This document shows, one piece after another, positions 9,131 through 18,034 of a stretch of 39,277 nucleotides of DNA. The stretch lies in the NCBI GenBank assembly GCA_003229495.1, contig QIEB01000489.1, positions 1 through 39,277 of the forward strand, written 5' to 3'. Source of the DNA: Flammeovirgaceae bacterium. GTDB lineage: Bacteria > Bacteroidota > Bacteroidia > Cytophagales > Cyclobacteriaceae. Each line of letters begins with the position of its first letter. The first letter of the stretch is position 1. The position numbers were made by a program, and so were the translations under genes. Below the pieces are notes generated by a model. The model searched no databases. It had not been told where the DNA came from and was given only the letters and a program-made list of their open reading frames with translations.

Positions 9131-9798
9131 TCTTTATCCGGTCTTCGTTCCTGCGTGCGCTTTATGGATTGCTCGAAACGCCATTTCTCTATCTTCTTTT
9201 CATGGCCACTCAGTAATACTTCAGGTACCTCCATGCCCCTGAATCCGGCAGGGCGAGTGTAAACCGGAGGGGCCACCAAACCATCCTGAAAAGAATCCGA
9301 CAATGCACTGCTTTCATTGGACAGCACCCCTGGCAACAACCGGATCACGGCATCAGAAAGTACAGCAGCAGGCAGTTCACCGCCCGACAACACATAATCT
9401 CCAATGCTTATTTCACGGGTAACAAAATGTTCCCGCAGCCGTTCGTCTATGCCTTTATAATGACCGCAAATAATAATTATGTTTTCTAAAAGACTGAGTT
9501 CATTGGCTACACCTTGATGGAATGGCCTGCCATCAGGGCTCATATAGATGATTTCCTGATACTCCCGGTCCTTCTTTAAAAATTCAAGACAGTTCACTAC
9601 CGGTCCAATCATAAGTACCATGCCTGCTCCTCCACCATAAGCATAATCATCCACTGTCCGATGTTTATTCTCTGAGTAATCTCGAAGATCATGGATCTTT
9701 AGATCTACCAAACCCTTATCCTGTGCTCTTTGTACAATAGAATGGTGCAAAAAACTATCCAAAAGTGAGGGCAATACGGTGATGATATCAATACGCAT
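9097..9798 (-). CDS. trmD: tRNA (guanine37-N1)-methyltransferase
   Basis: [13 protein letters not shown]..., [23 protein letters not shown] and [12 protein letters not shown] are canonical TrmD motifs. The last roughly 12 codons ([12 protein letters not shown]) are encoded by the stutter repeat. Confidence 0.93.
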   Translation of the reverse strand: MRIDIITVLPSLLDSFLHHSIVQRAQDKGLVDLKIHDLRDYSENKHRTVDDYAYGGGAGMVLMIGPVVNCLEFLKKDREYQEIIYMSPDGRPFHQGVANELSLLENIIIICGHYKGIDERLREHFVTREISIGDYVLSGGELPAAVLSDAVIRLLPGVLSNESSALSDSFQDGLVAPPVYTRPAGFRGMEVPEVLLSGHEKKIEKWRFEQSIKRTQERRPDKENKGTSEQANN

Positions 9799-9810
9799 AA
9801 ATGTGGGAAT

Positions 9811-10344
9811 TTAGTCTCCGAGATATACCTCTAACAAACCATCAGGCAAGGAAACCCGTACCTGTTGATGTTCACGGTCTATACCCCGTACGATCTCTTC
9901 AGTATACGGGATCAACACCTCATGGTCTTGGTAGTCCATGACCAAAAGTATCTGAGAAGATTGATGATAAACTGAAACGATAAACCCAAGTTCACCAAGT
10001 TGGACATCGATTACTTTCCAATTCATCAGTTCATGGAAATAAAAATCATCACCTTCCAAAGACGGCAAATGGTCCAGTGGTAAATACAGAGCACTTCCTG
10101 TGAGTTTGCGGGCCTGGTCCTTTGAAGAGATCTCCTCAAACTTTGCAATGGCTTTATCTCCCTTGATTTGCAGGCTTTGAATAAAAAAAGGAACCAGTAC
10201 CTTTTCTCCTTTGAGGAGTAGAAATACTGATTCCAGATCTTTATAATTTTCCGGCTGGTCAGTATCAAGTAACACATGCACTTCACCGGAAAGTCCATGG
10301 GTTCCGGTAATATAGCCTAGTTGAAAACAAGCATCAATCTTCAT
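9811..10344 (-). CDS. rimM: 16S rRNA processing protein RimM
   Basis: 177 aa. GYITGTHGLSGEV (PRC-barrel family N-terminus), and the conserved position between rpsP and trmD. Confidence 0.88.
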   Translation of the reverse strand: MKIDACFQLGYITGTHGLSGEVHVLLDTDQPENYKDLESVFLLLKGEKVLVPFFIQSLQIKGDKAIAKFEEISSKDQARKLTGSALYLPLDHLPSLEGDDFYFHELMNWKVIDVQLGELGFIVSVYHQSSQILLVMDYQDHEVLIPYTEEIVRGIDREHQQVRVSLPDGLLEVYLGD

Positions 10345-10359
10345 GATGCTAATAAATAA

Positions 10360-11682
10360 TTATTTCTCCTTTTCTGAAGCAGGATTTTCATCAGCTGCAG
10401 GCTCTTCAGTGCTGGGCTCCTCAGCTTCCTCAGCTGGTGCTTCGATGGCGGCTTCTTCCGTTGGTGCTTCGGCTGCAGTTTCTTCTGCGGGTGCTTCGGC
10501 GGCAGCTTCTTCCGCCAGTGCTTCGGCTGCAGTTTCCTCAGCGGGTGCTTCGACGGCAGCTTCTTCAACTGGTGCTTCGGCGGCAGCTTCTTCCGCCGGT
10601 GCTTTGGCGGCAGCTTCTTCAACTGGTGCAGCTTCTTCTGCGGGTGCTTCGACGGCAGCTTCCTCCGCTGGTGCTTCGGCGGCAGCTTCTTCAACTGGTG
10701 CTTCGGCAGCAGTTTCTTCAGTTGGTGCTTCGACGGCAGCTTCTTCAACTGGTGCTTCATCGGCCGGGGCCTCATCAACTGGTGCTTCGGATGCAGTTTC
10801 TTCAACTGGTGCTTCTGCGGCAGCTTCTTCTGCGGGTGCTTCGACGGCAGCTTCCTCCGCTGGTGCTTCGGCGGCAGCTTCTTCTGCGGGTGCTTCGACG
10901 GCGGCTTCAACTAGTGCTTCAGCGGCGGCGGCTTCTGCGGGTGCTTCGGTGGCAGCTTTCTCTGCGGGTGCTTCGGCGGCAGCTTCTTCCGCTGGTGCTT
11001 CGGCGGCAGCTTCTTCTGCGGGTGCTTCGACGGCAGCTTCTTCAACTGGTGCTTCGGCGGCAGCTTCTTCTGCGGGTGCTTCGACGGCAGCTTCTTCCGC
11101 TGGTGCTTCGGCTGCAGTTTCCTCAGCTGGTGCTTCGGCGGCGGCGGCTTCTGCGGGTGCTTCGGTGGCAGCTTTCTCTGCGGGTGCTTCCTCAGCCGAG
11201 GTCTCAGCATCCTCCGTTTCAGCTACCACAGCTTTTCTCTTAATCGCCTCCGCACGTGCCTCCTTAACTTTTGTCTCTGATTCAAGCCTTTCTTTGTCCC
11301 TGGTGGACTGGACCTGTCGTAATTTTTCAACTTTAGCAGTTACTTTGGCTTCTCTTTCGTTCTTCCAGACCTCAAGTTTTTTGTCTGCGGCTTCTTGGGT
11401 AATTGCTCCTTTGTTCACTCCTACCTGTAAATGCTTCCTTAGCATAACACCTTTGTAAGAAAGCATGGCCCTTACTGTATCAGTTGGTTGGGCACCCTTC
11501 ATAATCCAATCGAAAGCCCTATCCTCCTCAAGATGTATAGTGGCAGGATCGGTATTTGGATTGTATGTACCAATCTTTTCAATAAATCGACCATCTCGTG
11601 GTGCTCTGGCGTCTGCCACCACCACGTCGTACAATGCCAGTTTCTTGCGTCCTCGACGCGCTAATCTAATTTTTACAGCCAT
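10360..11682 (-). CDS. rpsP: 30S ribosomal protein S16 with a very long acidic Ala/Glu/Pro-repeat C-terminal extension
   Basis: The N-terminus [42 protein letters not shown] is canonical S16. About 65 K/E-rich residues follow, then about 270 aa of (E)APAEEAA(A/V) units. Confidence 0.9.
   Translation of the reverse strand: MAVKIRLARRGRKKLALYDVVVADARAPRDGRFIEKIGTYNPNTDPATIHLEEDRAFDWIMKGAQPTDTVRAMLSYKGVMLRKHLQVGVNKGAITQEAADKKLEVWKNEREAKVTAKVEKLRQVQSTRDKERLESETKVKEARAEAIKRKAVVAETEDAETSAEEAPAEKAATEAPAEAAAAEAPAEETAAEAPAEEAAVEAPAEEAAAEAPVEEAAVEAPAEEAAAEAPAEEAAAEAPAEKAATEAPAEAAAAEALVEAAVEAPAEEAAAEAPAEEAAVEAPAEEAAAEAPVEETASEAPVDEAPADEAPVEEAAVEAPTEETAAEAPVEEAAAEAPAEEAAVEAPAEEAAPVEEAAAKAPAEEAAAEAPVEEAAVEAPAEETAAEALAEEAAAEAPAEETAAEAPTEEAAIEAPAEEAEEPSTEEPAADENPASEKEK
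10408..11205. repeat. about 30 tandem in-frame 27-bp repeats (unit approx. ggtgcttcggcggcagcttcttctgcg) with a higher-order duplication of about 216 bp
   Basis: Direct reading. cggcggcggcttctgcgggtgcttcggtggcagctttctctgcgggtgcttc occurs at both about 10922-10972 and about 11138-11190. The region is GC-rich relative to its flanks. Confidence 0.9.
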
Positions 11683-11725
11683 TTTCTAATTTCACTTTGT
11701 GGATCTCGTCCGTTTTTAAGATCTG

Positions 11726-11756
11726 CAAAGGTAATTTATATATTGGTTATAGCAAA
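11726..11756 (-). promoter_or_regulatory. candidate rpsP promoter (-33 TTTG, 19-nt spacer, -7 TACCTTTG)
   Basis: The minus strand reads TTTG-ctataaccaatatataaat-TAccTTTG. This matches the Bacteroidetes -33/-7 consensus and spacing, about 45 nt upstream of the rpsP ATG. Confidence 0.5.
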
Positions 11757-11767
11757 ACGTGGTCTAA

Positions 11768-11790
11768 GTTATAAATTATGAATTATGAGC
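11768..11790. repeat. copy of the ATTATGA stutter motif
   Basis: gttataaattatgaattatgagc, near-identical to 8973-8995. Confidence 0.7.
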
Positions 11791-11879
11791 TTTGGGAATT
11801 GAAACCGATATTTAATTAATAGATCTTGTTATAATCTGAAATTTGATTTATAAAGATGAACTGCGGTATTTAAATTGAA

Positions 11880-12056
11880 ATGAAACGACCTAAGCTAAAG
11901 ATAGCACTTCTGTCTGTTGATTGGATCTTAGAATTTTGCGGGACATTGCTCCTTGCTTTAACCTGATACTACCTCCTGGCTGAATACGCCAATATTCTTA
12001 AGTTTATTGGCTTGACCATTATATTTTCAATGGTAATAATGATTATGAAAAAATAA
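11880..12056 (+). pseudogene. possible relic of a DUF1648-type small membrane protein gene, interrupted by an in-frame TGA
   Basis: ATG at 11880 gives MKRPKLKIALLSVDWILEFCGTLLLALT, then TGA (11964-11966). The same frame continues YYLLAEYANILKFIGLTIIFSMVIMIMKK to TAA (12054-12056). The N-terminal pattern M-x-RPK-hydrophobic-K...D-x-hydrophobic-hydrophobic-E...G resembles DUF1648 N-termini as I remember them. Confidence 0.25.
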
Positions 12057-12196
12057 TCCAATGCCCCAAGTTCCATACGCCTTGCACTAAACAAATTGAG
12101 ATCATAGGCATGAGATTTTGCTAAATTGCCGGACAATCTTACATTGCAATACACGTATATTCGTTTATGCAATTTTTCTATTTACAAACCGTTCTC

Positions 12197-12204
12197 TACC
12201 TTTG
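12197..12204 (+). promoter_or_regulatory. candidate -7 box (TACCTTTG) for sucA
   Basis: Exact TAnnTTTG match 24 nt upstream of the sucA ATG at 12228. There is no clean -33 TTTG. Confidence 0.35.
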
Positions 12205-12227
12205 ACAAATCTGACTATTTCCCGGCC

Positions 12228-14933
12228 ATGAACCAATACTCATATATATCCAATGCCCACAGCACCTATATCGAGGAACTTTACCAATCTTATATACAAG
12301 ATCCTAAATCCGTAGATAGCAGTTGGCGTCAATTCTTTGAGGGATATGAATTTTCACAAGAACAAAATTTTGCTCCGGCAACCGATACCAATGCCTACAA
12401 AGAAGTCCAGGTGCGTTATCTCATTCATGCATATAGAAGCAGGGGCCATCTAAAATCGGACACCAACCCTGTAAGGACCCGGCTTGATCGCAAGCCGAGG
12501 ATCAGCTTGTCCGATGTTGGTTTAACAGAGGCCGATTTGGATCTGGAATTCGATGCCGGGATGGCAATGGGCATTGGGCGTACCAAACTAAAAGACATTA
12601 TTGCTGCATTAGAATCAATCTACCTGGGGCCAATTGGCTTTGAGTATATGTATATGCGGGAACCGGAGGTATTCGAATGGTTTGAAAAAAAGTGTGAATA
12701 CGAGGCATTAAACTTTAAACTTACTGCAGCCGAAAAACAAAGAATACTATTCAAACTTAACGAAGCAGTAGTGTTTGAAAACTTCCTGCATACCAAATAT
12801 ATCGGTCAAAAACGATTTTCTCTGGAAGGTGGCGAAACCACCATACCTGCATTGGATTTTATTATTAACAAAGCTACAGATCTTGGGGTAGAAGAGGTGG
12901 TTATTGGTATGGCACACCGGGGTCGATTAAATATTTTGGCCAACATAATGGGTAAAACCTACGAGCAGATCTTTAATGAGTTTGAAGGGACCCAACCAGA
13001 CCTGACCATGGGAGATGGTGATGTAAAATACCACATGGGGTTTTCCAGCCAGGTGAAAACACCGTCCGGAAAAATCATACATCTGAAGTTGAGCCCCAAT
13101 CCTTCTCACCTGGAAGCAGTAGATCCCCTGGTCCAGGGATTTACCCGTGCGAAAATCGACAAACAGTACCACAACGATCAGGACAAAGTACTGCCCATAT
13201 TGATCCACGGTGATGCCGCTATTGCCGGACAGGGTGTAGTCTACGAGCTGGCACAGATGTCAAAACTAGCAGGCTACACCACTGGAGGGACCATTCACTT
13301 TGTTATTAACAATCAAGTTGGATTCACTACGGATTTCGATGAGGCCCGTTCAAGCATATATTGCACCGATGTGGCAAAAACCATCGACGCACCTGTTCTT
13401 CATGTAAATGGAGACCATCCGGAAGCGGTGATATTCTGCACCAAACTGGCAGTGGAATTTCGCACAAAATTCAATCGTGACATATTTATCGATATGGTTT
13501 GTTACCGACGCCATGGCCACAATGAAAGCGATGAGCCGAAATTCACTCAACCTTCTCTCTATAACATCATCTCCAAACATCCTAACCCCAGGGAAGTGTA
13601 CAACATGAAGCTTATTGAGCGCGGTGACGTGGATGCAAAGCTGGCAAAAGGCATGGACAAAAAATTTCGTTCGTTGTTGCAAGACCGGTTGAACAGGTTA
13701 AAACAACAGAAACTTCCCTATCAATATCAACCCATGGAGGAAGAATGGCGCACCATGCGCAAATCAGAGCCTAAAGATTTTGACAAGTCACCGATAACCA
13801 GTATCAAAGCGTCGGTGGTAAAGCAGGTTGGTGAAGCACTGATCAAGCTTCCTCAGGGTTTTAAGCCTATTAAGCAAATTGAAAAACAACTCAAGCAACG
13901 TCAGGAGATGTTTTTTGATAAAAAGGAACTGAATTGGGCTTCCGCTGAGCTGCTGGCATACGGATCCTTATTATTAGAAAATAAAGTAGTGCGACTTTCC
14001 GGCCAGGATAGCCGCCGGGGCACTTTTTCGCACAGGCATGCAGTACTTCGTGATGCACAAACCAATGAATCTTATTCCAGCCTGGACTTTATAGCAGAGG
14101 GTCAGGAGAAATTTGACGTCAACAATTCGCTTCTTTCTGAATTCGGAGTACTGGGATTTGAATTTGGATACGCCATGGCCAATCCCAATGCGCTGGTAAT
14201 CTGGGAAGCCCAATTTGGAGATTTTGCCAATGGAGCACAGGTGATGATCGATCAGTTCATCACTGCCAGCTATACTAAATGGCACCGCATGAACGGGCTC
14301 ACTTTATTTTTACCACACGGATACGAAGGACAAGGACCGGAGCACAGCAATGCCCGACCAGAGCGATTTCTGCAAATGGCTGCTGGCTGGAATATGTTTG
14401 TAACCAACATTACTACGCCTGCTAATCTGTTCCATGCATTAAGACGTCAGCTGGCTTTGCCTTTCAGAATGCCGCTGGTAATCATGTCTCCTAAATCCTT
14501 GTTGAGGCACCCCAACGTGATGAGCCCTATCTCTGAATTCACTGCCGGCCGGTTTAAAGAAATAATCCCTGATAATTATGCGACAGGGGGGAAAGTGAAT
14601 AAAGTACTAATGTGTTCGGGAAAGATCTTCTATGAACTTCAGGAGGAACAACAAAAGAAAAAACGACGAGACGTGGCAATTATCAGATTGGAGCAAATGC
14701 ATCCTTTCCCTAAGAAGCAAGTGATGGCCGAACTAAAACGGTATAAAACCGATCACATATATTGGGTCCAGGAAGAACCTGAGAATATGGGCGCCTGGGC
14801 ATTCATCCTGCGTTCTTTCCGCGAGGTGAATAAAGACATCATTTCCAGGAGGGCCACCGCTTCCACTGCCACTGGGTATCACAAGGTACATCAGGAAGAA
14901 CAAAGAAACATTATTGAACGGGCGTTTTCATAG
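12228..14933 (+). CDS. sucA: 2-oxoglutarate dehydrogenase E1 component
   Basis: MNQYSYISNAHSTYIEELYQSY, GMAHRGRLNIL, HGDAAIAGQGVVYE, CYRRHGHNESDEP and HGYEGQGPEHS are hallmarks of OGDH E1. The start is moved to the ATG at 12228. Confidence 0.96.
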   Translation: MNQYSYISNAHSTYIEELYQSYIQDPKSVDSSWRQFFEGYEFSQEQNFAPATDTNAYKEVQVRYLIHAYRSRGHLKSDTNPVRTRLDRKPRISLSDVGLTEADLDLEFDAGMAMGIGRTKLKDIIAALESIYLGPIGFEYMYMREPEVFEWFEKKCEYEALNFKLTAAEKQRILFKLNEAVVFENFLHTKYIGQKRFSLEGGETTIPALDFIINKATDLGVEEVVIGMAHRGRLNILANIMGKTYEQIFNEFEGTQPDLTMGDGDVKYHMGFSSQVKTPSGKIIHLKLSPNPSHLEAVDPLVQGFTRAKIDKQYHNDQDKVLPILIHGDAAIAGQGVVYELAQMSKLAGYTTGGTIHFVINNQVGFTTDFDEARSSIYCTDVAKTIDAPVLHVNGDHPEAVIFCTKLAVEFRTKFNRDIFIDMVCYRRHGHNESDEPKFTQPSLYNIISKHPNPREVYNMKLIERGDVDAKLAKGMDKKFRSLLQDRLNRLKQQKLPYQYQPMEEEWRTMRKSEPKDFDKSPITSIKASVVKQVGEALIKLPQGFKPIKQIEKQLKQRQEMFFDKKELNWASAELLAYGSLLLENKVVRLSGQDSRRGTFSHRHAVLRDAQTNESYSSLDFIAEGQEKFDVNNSLLSEFGVLGFEFGYAMANPNALVIWEAQFGDFANGAQVMIDQFITASYTKWHRMNGLTLFLPHGYEGQGPEHSNARPERFLQMAAGWNMFVTNITTPANLFHALRRQLALPFRMPLVIMSPKSLLRHPNVMSPISEFTAGRFKEIIPDNYATGGKVNKVLMCSGKIFYELQEEQQKKKRRDVAIIRLEQMHPFPKKQVMAELKRYKTDHIYWVQEEPENMGAWAFILRSFREVNKDIISRRATASTATGYHKVHQEEQRNIIERAFS

Positions 14934-14951
14934 CCTAAACCAGGAGTAACC

Positions 14952-16484
14952 ATGAACTTAGAAATAAAAATCCCCACTGTGGGTGAATCAATAACCGAAG
15001 TAACCATTAGTGAATGGCTTAAACAGGACGGTGACTATGTGGAGATGGATGAGATCATATGTGAACTGGAGTCGGACAAGGCCTCTTTTGAGCTCAATGC
15101 TGAAGCCGCAGGGATACTGAAAATCAAAGCCCGGGAAGGAGATACTTTGGAGATCGGCTCAGTGATCTGTGAAATTGATACCAGCGCTGAAAGCGCTGGC
15201 AACAGTGTGGAACAAGAGGGCGAGCGCCAGATAGAGGCAAAAACTGAGCCAGAGCCTGCAAAAGAGACCTCTGTTGCTGTTGCTCCTGCCGTTGCTGACA
15301 TTATCGAAATGCGGGTGCCGGAGGTAGGGGAGTCAATAACGGAAGTGACGCTGGCTTCATGGATTAAGAATGACGGTGATTATGTGGAATTGGATGAAAA
15401 TATCGCCGATATCGATTCGGACAAGGCCTCTTTTGAACTTCCGGCTGAAGCAAATGGTGTGCTCCGAATTGTGGCGCAAGAAGAGGATGTGTTAGAGATC
15501 GGGGCTTTGATATGCAAGATTGAGGTTTCTGAAGCTCCTGTGATAACTCCTGAAGATAAGGCTACCCCTGCGGCGCCCGCCCAGACAGACACTGCTGGCG
15601 GAAGTTATACCGAGGGACACCCCTCGCCGGCCGCGGCAAAGATATTGGCAGAAAAAAGCATTGCTCCAGCAACAGTAGTTGGTACCGGTGTTGGTGGCCG
15701 AATTATCAAGCAGGATGCAGAGGCAGCACAGCAAAAAGTAGCCGCTGATGAACCAGCTGAATTTTCTGCGATCGCGTCCGGCCATCGCAACCAGCGAAGA
15801 GAAAAGATGAGCAGCCTGCGAAAAACCATCGCCCGGCGTCTGGTAGCAGCCAAGAACGAAACCGCCATGCTCACCACTTTTAATGAGGTGGACATGATAT
15901 CGGTGATGGACATTCGTAAAAAGTACAAGGACCGGTTCAAGGAGAAAAAAGAAGTGGGACTGGGATTCATGTCATTCTTTACCAAAGCTGTCTGCCTGGC
16001 GCTTCAGGAATGGCCGGCGGTCAACGCCATGCTTGATGATCAGGAGGTGGTATACAATGATTTTTGTGACATTTCCATCGCAGTAAGCTCACCAAAAGGG
16101 TTGGTGGTACCAGTAATACGTAATGCTGAACTACTGAGCTTTGAAGGGATTGAGAAAGAAGTAGTACGGCTGGCTGTTAAGGCACGCGAGGGGAAACTCA
16201 GTATTGAAGAAATGACCGGAGGCACCTTTACCATTACCAATGGCGGTATCTTTGGCAGCATGCTTTCCACTCCGATTATTAATCAACCCCAGTCGGCCAT
16301 TTTGGGAATGCACAATATAGTACAGCGACCGGTGGCAGTTGATGGAGAAATTGTGGTGAGGCCCATAATGTATGTGGCTCTTTCCTATGACCACAGGGTT
16401 ATCGATGGCAGGGAGTCTGTCAGTTTTCTCTACCGGGTTAAAGAATTTTTGGAAGACCCTGCCCGCATGCTGGTAGGTATATAA
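14952..16484 (+). CDS. sucB: dihydrolipoyllysine-residue succinyltransferase (E2o) with two lipoyl domains
   Basis: Two lipoyl-lysine motifs ([13 protein letters not shown] and [13 protein letters not shown]), a PSBD-like segment ([13 protein letters not shown]...[12 protein letters not shown]), and a catalytic domain ending in [11 protein letters not shown]. Confidence 0.95.
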   Translation: MNLEIKIPTVGESITEVTISEWLKQDGDYVEMDEIICELESDKASFELNAEAAGILKIKAREGDTLEIGSVICEIDTSAESAGNSVEQEGERQIEAKTEPEPAKETSVAVAPAVADIIEMRVPEVGESITEVTLASWIKNDGDYVELDENIADIDSDKASFELPAEANGVLRIVAQEEDVLEIGALICKIEVSEAPVITPEDKATPAAPAQTDTAGGSYTEGHPSPAAAKILAEKSIAPATVVGTGVGGRIIKQDAEAAQQKVAADEPAEFSAIASGHRNQRREKMSSLRKTIARRLVAAKNETAMLTTFNEVDMISVMDIRKKYKDRFKEKKEVGLGFMSFFTKAVCLALQEWPAVNAMLDDQEVVYNDFCDISIAVSSPKGLVVPVIRNAELLSFEGIEKEVVRLAVKAREGKLSIEEMTGGTFTITNGGIFGSMLSTPIINQPQSAILGMHNIVQRPVAVDGEIVVRPIMYVALSYDHRVIDGRESVSFLYRVKEFLEDPARMLVGI

Positions 16485-16491
16485 ATAACTT

Positions 16492-17937
16492 ATGCAATAC
16501 GATGTAACAGTAATCGGTTCAGGCCCGGGTGGCTACATAGCGGCAATTCGATGCTCCCAGTTGGGAATGAAAACCGCTATTATCGAAAAGTACCCTGCCC
16601 TGGGGGGCACCTGCTTAAATGTAGGCTGTATCCCTTCGAAGGCTTTATTGGACTCCAGCGAGCACTATCATAAAGCAATTCATGAATTCGAAGAGCACGG
16701 AATCAAGGGTGGTAAATACCAGGTTGACCTGGAGCAAATGGTAAAAAGGAAACAGTCGGTGGTGGACCAAACTACCGGAGGCATCAGTTACCTTATGAAA
16801 AAAAATAAGATAGATGTCTATAACGGAGTTGGTGAATTTCAGGACAAAAACACCATAGCAGTGAGGAGTGCGGAGCCTGCCTCTCCTGCTGGTTTATCTG
16901 CCAAAGGCATGGCAGGCAGGCGCGAGGACATCAAGCTGACCAGCAAGTTCATTATTATTGCCACAGGGTCTAAGCCGGCTAGTTTACCGTTTATTGAACT
17001 AGACAAGAAACGGGTGATCACCAGTACAGAAGCGTTGGAGATCACCAAGCTGCCCAAGCATATGATCATTATGGGCGGTGGAGTTATTGGCCTGGAGTTA
17101 GGATCAGTATTCGCCAGGTTGGGCACCAAGATAACTGTAGTGGAGATGATGACCAGTATTATTCCCACCATGGATGGCACCATGGGCAAAGAACTTCAAA
17201 AAGTTCTGAAAAAATTAGGATTTGAGTTCCTGTTAGGGCATAAAGTAACTGAAGTTAAAAATACCGGACGTCAGGTAACTGTTACCGCCGAAGATAAATC
17301 CGGGGCATCAAAGACCCTCAAGGGCGATTATTGCCTGGTGTCTATCGGCCGCAGACCCTACACAGAAGGTCTTGGGCTGGAAAATGTGGGCATTAACACC
17401 GACCAGGCCGGTAGAATTGCCGTTGACAATCATCTCAGGACATCTGTAAATAACATATTTGCCATTGGAGATGTAGTAAGAGGGGCCATGCTGGCACATA
17501 AGGCCGAGGAGGAAGGGGTGTTGGTAGCTGAACAACTGGCAGGGCAAAAGCCACACATTAATTACCTTTTGATCCCAGGGGTGGTTTACACCTGGCCGGA
17601 AGTAGCTTCGGTGGGTCATACCGAGGAGGCCCTGAAGGAAGCTAAAATTCCCTACAAAAAAGGAGCGTTCCCTTTTAAGGCATCAGCAAGAGCAAGAGCG
17701 AGCATGGATATTGATGGGCAGGTCAAAGTGCTGGCACATCAACAGACCGATGAAATCCTGGGAGTCCATATCATTGGACCACGGGCTGCTGATATGATTG
17801 GGGAGGCTGTGGTGGCCATGGAGTACCGGGCCTCAGCGGAAGACATCTCCAGGATGTCACATGCGCATCCGACCTTTTCAGAGGCCATTAAGGAAGCGTG
17901 TTTGGTGGCAACAGGGGATCGGGCACTGAATATTTGA
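16492..17937 (+). CDS. lpd: dihydrolipoyl dehydrogenase (E3)
   Basis: GSGPGGYIAAIR, redox-active GGTCLNVGCIPSK, and the C-terminal HAHPTFSE motif. It starts 7 nt after sucB. Confidence 0.96.
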   Translation: MQYDVTVIGSGPGGYIAAIRCSQLGMKTAIIEKYPALGGTCLNVGCIPSKALLDSSEHYHKAIHEFEEHGIKGGKYQVDLEQMVKRKQSVVDQTTGGISYLMKKNKIDVYNGVGEFQDKNTIAVRSAEPASPAGLSAKGMAGRREDIKLTSKFIIIATGSKPASLPFIELDKKRVITSTEALEITKLPKHMIIMGGGVIGLELGSVFARLGTKITVVEMMTSIIPTMDGTMGKELQKVLKKLGFEFLLGHKVTEVKNTGRQVTVTAEDKSGASKTLKGDYCLVSIGRRPYTEGLGLENVGINTDQAGRIAVDNHLRTSVNNIFAIGDVVRGAMLAHKAEEEGVLVAEQLAGQKPHINYLLIPGVVYTWPEVASVGHTEEALKEAKIPYKKGAFPFKASARARASMDIDGQVKVLAHQQTDEILGVHIIGPRAADMIGEAVVAMEYRASAEDISRMSHAHPTFSEAIKEACLVATGDRALNI

Positions 17938-18034
17938 TTGAAGGCAGGCAAATTTCAAATAACAAAAATTTTGTTGTACTGGGGTTTGATTCTTTCATTA
18001 CTGGTGACAGCATCCGCTATGATCCAATGGTAGA

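Noticed and set aside
9048-9262. Plus-strand ORFs 9048-9242 and 9077-9262 ([15 protein letters not shown]...).
   Set aside because: These are translations of the stutter repeat plus the antisense strand of trmD. The repetitive peptide is an artefact of the DNA repeat.
10408-11205. Whether the regular short repeats could be a CRISPR array.
   Set aside because: The units are contiguous with no unique spacers. The period is 27 bp in frame inside a coding sequence, no cas genes are present, and the repeats are degenerate at the protein-wobble level.
10341-11458. Long ORFs in other frames and on the opposite strand across the S16 repeat region (10341-10910 minus, 10343-11458 plus, 10437-11243 plus, 10911-11210 minus), with exotic low-complexity products (KHQLKKLP..., ASSAGAS..., LRRQLL...).
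   Set aside because: They exist only because the 27-bp GC-rich repeat lacks stop codons in all frames. They have no recognisable N-terminal domain, promoter or start context. The rpsP frame is anchored by a canonical S16 domain and operon position.
11969-12172. 67-aa minus-strand ORF in the rpsP-sucA spacer.
   Set aside because: It has no motif, overlaps the candidate sucA promoter region and the plus-strand relic, and has an implausible composition (IIIITIENIM...).
15035-17619. Multiple 70-126-aa antisense ORFs inside sucB and lpd (for example 15605-15985, 16839-17189, 17308-17619). Similar ones occur inside secA, sucA, carB and the ABC gene.
   Set aside because: All lie antisense or out of frame within strongly supported conserved genes. 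Their products are low-complexity or hydrophobic noise typical of shadow ORFs.
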